IMG/VR virus record: IMGVR_UViG_3300014656_000056
Coordinates: 1-39,870 of that record
Origin: a virus
Taxonomy: Duplodnaviria > Caudoviricetes
Direction: 5' to 3' (one strand)
DNA length: 39,870 bases
In this document: piece after piece, positions 37,824 through 39,870 of the stretch
Position numbering within the stretch: the first letter of the stretch is position 1
Layout: each line of letters opens with the position of its first letter
Made by a program: the position numbers and the translations under genes
Notes under the pieces: generated by a model
Database searches by the model: none
What the model saw: only the letters and a program-made list of their open reading frames with translations
What the model was told of the DNA's origin: nothing

Positions 37824-38077
37824 CGCCCTTTCTCCTGGAAACCGAACAGGCTACTGAAGCTATAATTATGCAAACCATGCATGATAGGCTGGCTGCCTGC
37901 GTGGCGGACGGTCACATGATCGATACGTCTTTGAATTACTATGGAAATCGTATTCCGGAGGTCGTTACGACGTTGCGCCGGTGGACGTCTTGTGGTATAT
38001 TGAGTGTGGACAGCGCTCTTTTGTTTCGGGTGACATGCGCAAGTGCGTTGCAAATAATTCAGTCTAGTTACGAATAG
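37772..38077 (+). CDS. Hypothetical protein (start uncertain)
   Basis: Fills the gap on the coding strand and ends 4 nt before the next ATG. Confidence 0.4.
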   Translation: MERRLRRDLRIHVDHLLAPFLLETEQATEAIIMQTMHDRLAACVADGHMIDTSLNYYGNRIPEVVTTLRRWTSCGILSVDSALLFRVTCASALQIIQSSYE

Positions 38078-38081
38078 AGAT

Positions 38082-38294
38082 ATGATGGAAAAGGCAGTTA
38101 TAGCCCTCTACGGCGCTGGAACCAAGATCGATGAATTCGAAGCGCGTCTCAAAGATAAGGGCTTTGTAGTTCGTCGATTTTTGAACTCACCGTATTCGGA
38201 CGCCACTACCACGCTGTTTCACGGTATGCGGGTGTACACTGACGAGGGCGTTGATCGTCACATGTCCAGAATCGCGCCGAGAAAGGACGAGTAA
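38082..38294 (+). CDS. Hypothetical protein
   Basis: 70-aa ORF in a tightly packed array. Confidence 0.5.
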   Translation: MMEKAVIALYGAGTKIDEFEARLKDKGFVVRRFLNSPYSDATTTLFHGMRVYTDEGVDRHMSRIAPRKDE

Positions 38295-38296
38295 GT

Positions 38297-38632
38297 ATGG
38301 GATACTACTGCGGCCCCGCTACCGCAGCTGCAGCGGCTAAGCTCAATCTGACGTTGTGTAGCGGCAGGAATGACGACTGCCTCCACTTCTGCGCGTCCAA
38401 AATGACAGAGGCGGACCCGTGTACGCGTGGAGTCATTACACACATGCGAAAACAATCCGATCTAGTGGAAGTTGTTGTAGAGATGCTATTGGGTCCTCCG
38501 AAATGGTTGTGGGGTTGGGTATTGGATCAGATACCGGTTCGCACTAGGTGCCCAGCTAGAGGTTATTACACACACGGCCCGCCTCCGTCTGATACAGGTG
38601 AAGGGTATGGGGCACAAAAACAAGCGTGGTAA
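38297..38632 (+). CDS. Cys-rich hypothetical protein
   Basis: AAGGA upstream, six Cys. Confidence 0.5.
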   Translation: MGYYCGPATAAAAAKLNLTLCSGRNDDCLHFCASKMTEADPCTRGVITHMRKQSDLVEVVVEMLLGPPKWLWGWVLDQIPVRTRCPARGYYTHGPPPSDTGEGYGAQKQAW

Positions 38633-39038
38633 CAAAGGAAAAGAAACTATGATAAACGCACAAGTCCAAGGGGTATTCGCAATAACGGTTAGCTTAGTTA
38701 TGGTGGTGACGCATTTTACGGTGTTATCCTGTTACTACACGTCGCCCAATCTAGCAACCATACTCGTGGTAGCTTTTTGGTGCTCCCTGGTTGCTGGGGC
38801 GGCGCTTGGTGCTATCATCACTCGTAGTAAACACTCTGCGATACCTCGGTTAGAAAGCATTACCACGGAGGATGCAATAACGTGGCAATTTGTGGGAGAC
38901 GCGCTAATACAAGAACAGTGGGCAAATTTACACGAGTACGGATCAGATCCGCTTGCGTACGATGCACGGAGAGACGATATCGTAGATATCCAAAATAAGT
39001 GGAAAGACGTGCAGACATTTCTTAGAGGTACATCATGA
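38607..39038 (+). CDS. Membrane protein with two predicted TM helices (start 38607 or 38649)
   Basis: Hydrophobic GVFAITVSLVMVVTHFTVL and LATILVVAFWCSLVAGAALGAII. Confidence 0.6.
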   Translation: MGHKNKRGNKGKETMINAQVQGVFAITVSLVMVVTHFTVLSCYYTSPNLATILVVAFWCSLVAGAALGAIITRSKHSAIPRLESITTEDAITWQFVGDALIQEQWANLHEYGSDPLAYDARRDDIVDIQNKWKDVQTFLRGTS

Positions 39039-39253
39039 ATTGGAAGTGGATAGTAGTTATCGTTCTGATAATCGCGGGTTTGATCACGGTAATAGCTCTG
39101 GATGAAGTACGTAGTGCAGAATGCAATCAAGACTGTGACCAAGCCTGCGTAGAACTGGGTATGCAGTACGGTAGGTGTGACAGTTATGATAAATCGGGGG
39201 AGTCGTGCGTGTGCGGTATAGATCGCCCACCGAAAGGATACAATGAGAATTAA
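39035..39253 (+). CDS. Exported/anchored peptide with CS-alpha-beta (defensin-like) cysteine motif
   Basis: N-terminal hydrophobic segment, then C-x3-C-x3-C-x7-G-x-C-x9-C-x-C. GAGG RBS and ATGA overlap. Confidence 0.6.
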   Translation: MNWKWIVVIVLIIAGLITVIALDEVRSAECNQDCDQACVELGMQYGRCDSYDKSGESCVCGIDRPPKGYNEN

Positions 39254-39545
39254 ACTGAAATTATCAGACGCAGAACGCATGGCGTTGGGGCACCACCTCG
39301 CGCAGGGCTATGGTAATTATGCATCACAGGATGACGCCAACGCCTGGGCGGAAACGTTGATCTCCTCGGCGATGGATGACGTTATAGACGCGTTCACGAA
39401 CGCCGTCGAGATAGAAACTGTTCTCAAAACCGATACCACAAAGTTTTTTGTATTGTGTCCGGAGTGCGTTCATGGTATGAGTGAAGGTTGCGTGCTAGAG
39501 TTGACACCAACGGACGCCTGCGAGTGGTTTGAACCTATACCGTGA
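39243..39545 (+). CDS. Hypothetical protein with C-terminal Cys cluster
   Basis: AAGGA RBS. CPECVH...C...ACEWF. Confidence 0.6.
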   Translation: MRIKLKLSDAERMALGHHLAQGYGNYASQDDANAWAETLISSAMDDVIDAFTNAVEIETVLKTDTTKFFVLCPECVHGMSEGCVLELTPTDACEWFEPIP

Positions 39546-39552
39546 GGATAAC

Positions 39553-39870
39553 ATGCAACATAACTTGAAGATGGGGGATACCTGGACCCATAAATGCGAT
39601 TCGTGTGACGGTATTCTAATGTTCGCTGTACCTAAGCGCGAATGGAGTCACCCACCACAGCCACACGAGCTGACAGTAGCGAGTATCTGCACAGGCTGCA
39701 AGCGGGACACAGCGGCAAGGTTGATCGGAGATGGGGATACCTACACCTTGATTGCCTATGGGTTTCTGTGCGGCGCCAAGCTGACCCGCGTGTGGCAACG
39801 TGTCAGCGCGGAAGATGCGCAGGAGTTTTTGGATCAATGCGACGAAGCCTACGCCGCGCTTCGGAACGAC
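39553..39870 (+). CDS. Zn-ribbon hypothetical protein, 3'-truncated by the window edge (not in the ORF track)
   Basis: GAGGA RBS, ATG 39553, frame open to the end. KCDSC...ICTGC. Confidence 0.55.
   Translation, partial: MQHNLKMGDTWTHKCDSCDGILMFAVPKREWSHPPQPHELTVASICTGCKRDTAARLIGDGDTYTLIAYGFLCGAKLTRVWQRVSAEDAQEFLDQCDEAYAALRND

Noticed and set aside
38509-38522. GTGGGGTTGGGTAT as a third copy of the G-rich repeat
   Set aside because: Short, needs a gap to align, and is explained by Trp-Gly-Trp-Val codons.
87-39837. All minus-strand ORFs and short alternative-frame plus-strand ORFs in the track
   Set aside because: They overlap well-supported + strand genes. Many are mirror images of low-complexity tracts (poly-Ser, Gly-Val, Ile/Val runs).
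1-39870. Genome-wide TAG-to-Gln recoding
   Set aside because: All large genes are intact under the standard code, and TAG ends genes at natural domain ends (e.g. 32141). In-frame adjacency after stops also occurs with TAA and reflects RBS spacing.
30081-39870. Archaeal virus origin suggested by the many Zn-finger genes
   Set aside because: The family A polymerase, sigma70 promoter and hairpin-U terminators point to a bacterial host.

Overview
This window is a 39.9 kb slice of a double-stranded DNA bacteriophage genome (HK97-type head module, Caudoviricetes-like). All credible genes lie on the + strand, tightly packed, many with overlapping stop/start codons and GGAG-type ribosome binding sites. 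Bases ~1-26.5 kb are virion morphogenesis genes: probable small terminase (truncated), large terminase, Zn-ribbon protein, portal, prohead protease, a very acidic scaffold-like protein, decoration protein, major capsid protein, several unknown virion proteins, and two tandem ~1550-aa paralogous tail-fibre/baseplate-like proteins. Bases ~26.9-39.9 kb hold a family A DNA polymerase fused to a family-4 uracil-DNA glycosylase-like domain, a near-consensus sigma70 promoter, a calcineurin-like metallophosphoesterase, an XRE-HTH/thymidylate kinase fusion, an intein-containing pol-beta nucleotidyltransferase and many small Cys-rich genes. The most unusual signals are: an exported peptide with a complete CS-alpha-beta defensin cysteine pattern, a recurrent herpesvirus-assemblin-like [IVLF]-x-A-S motif in putative head proteins, an Asn-to-Ser change in the UDG pocket, and shared motifs and structures in late-gene leaders. 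All calls come from motif recognition and synteny by eye; no database searches were run.
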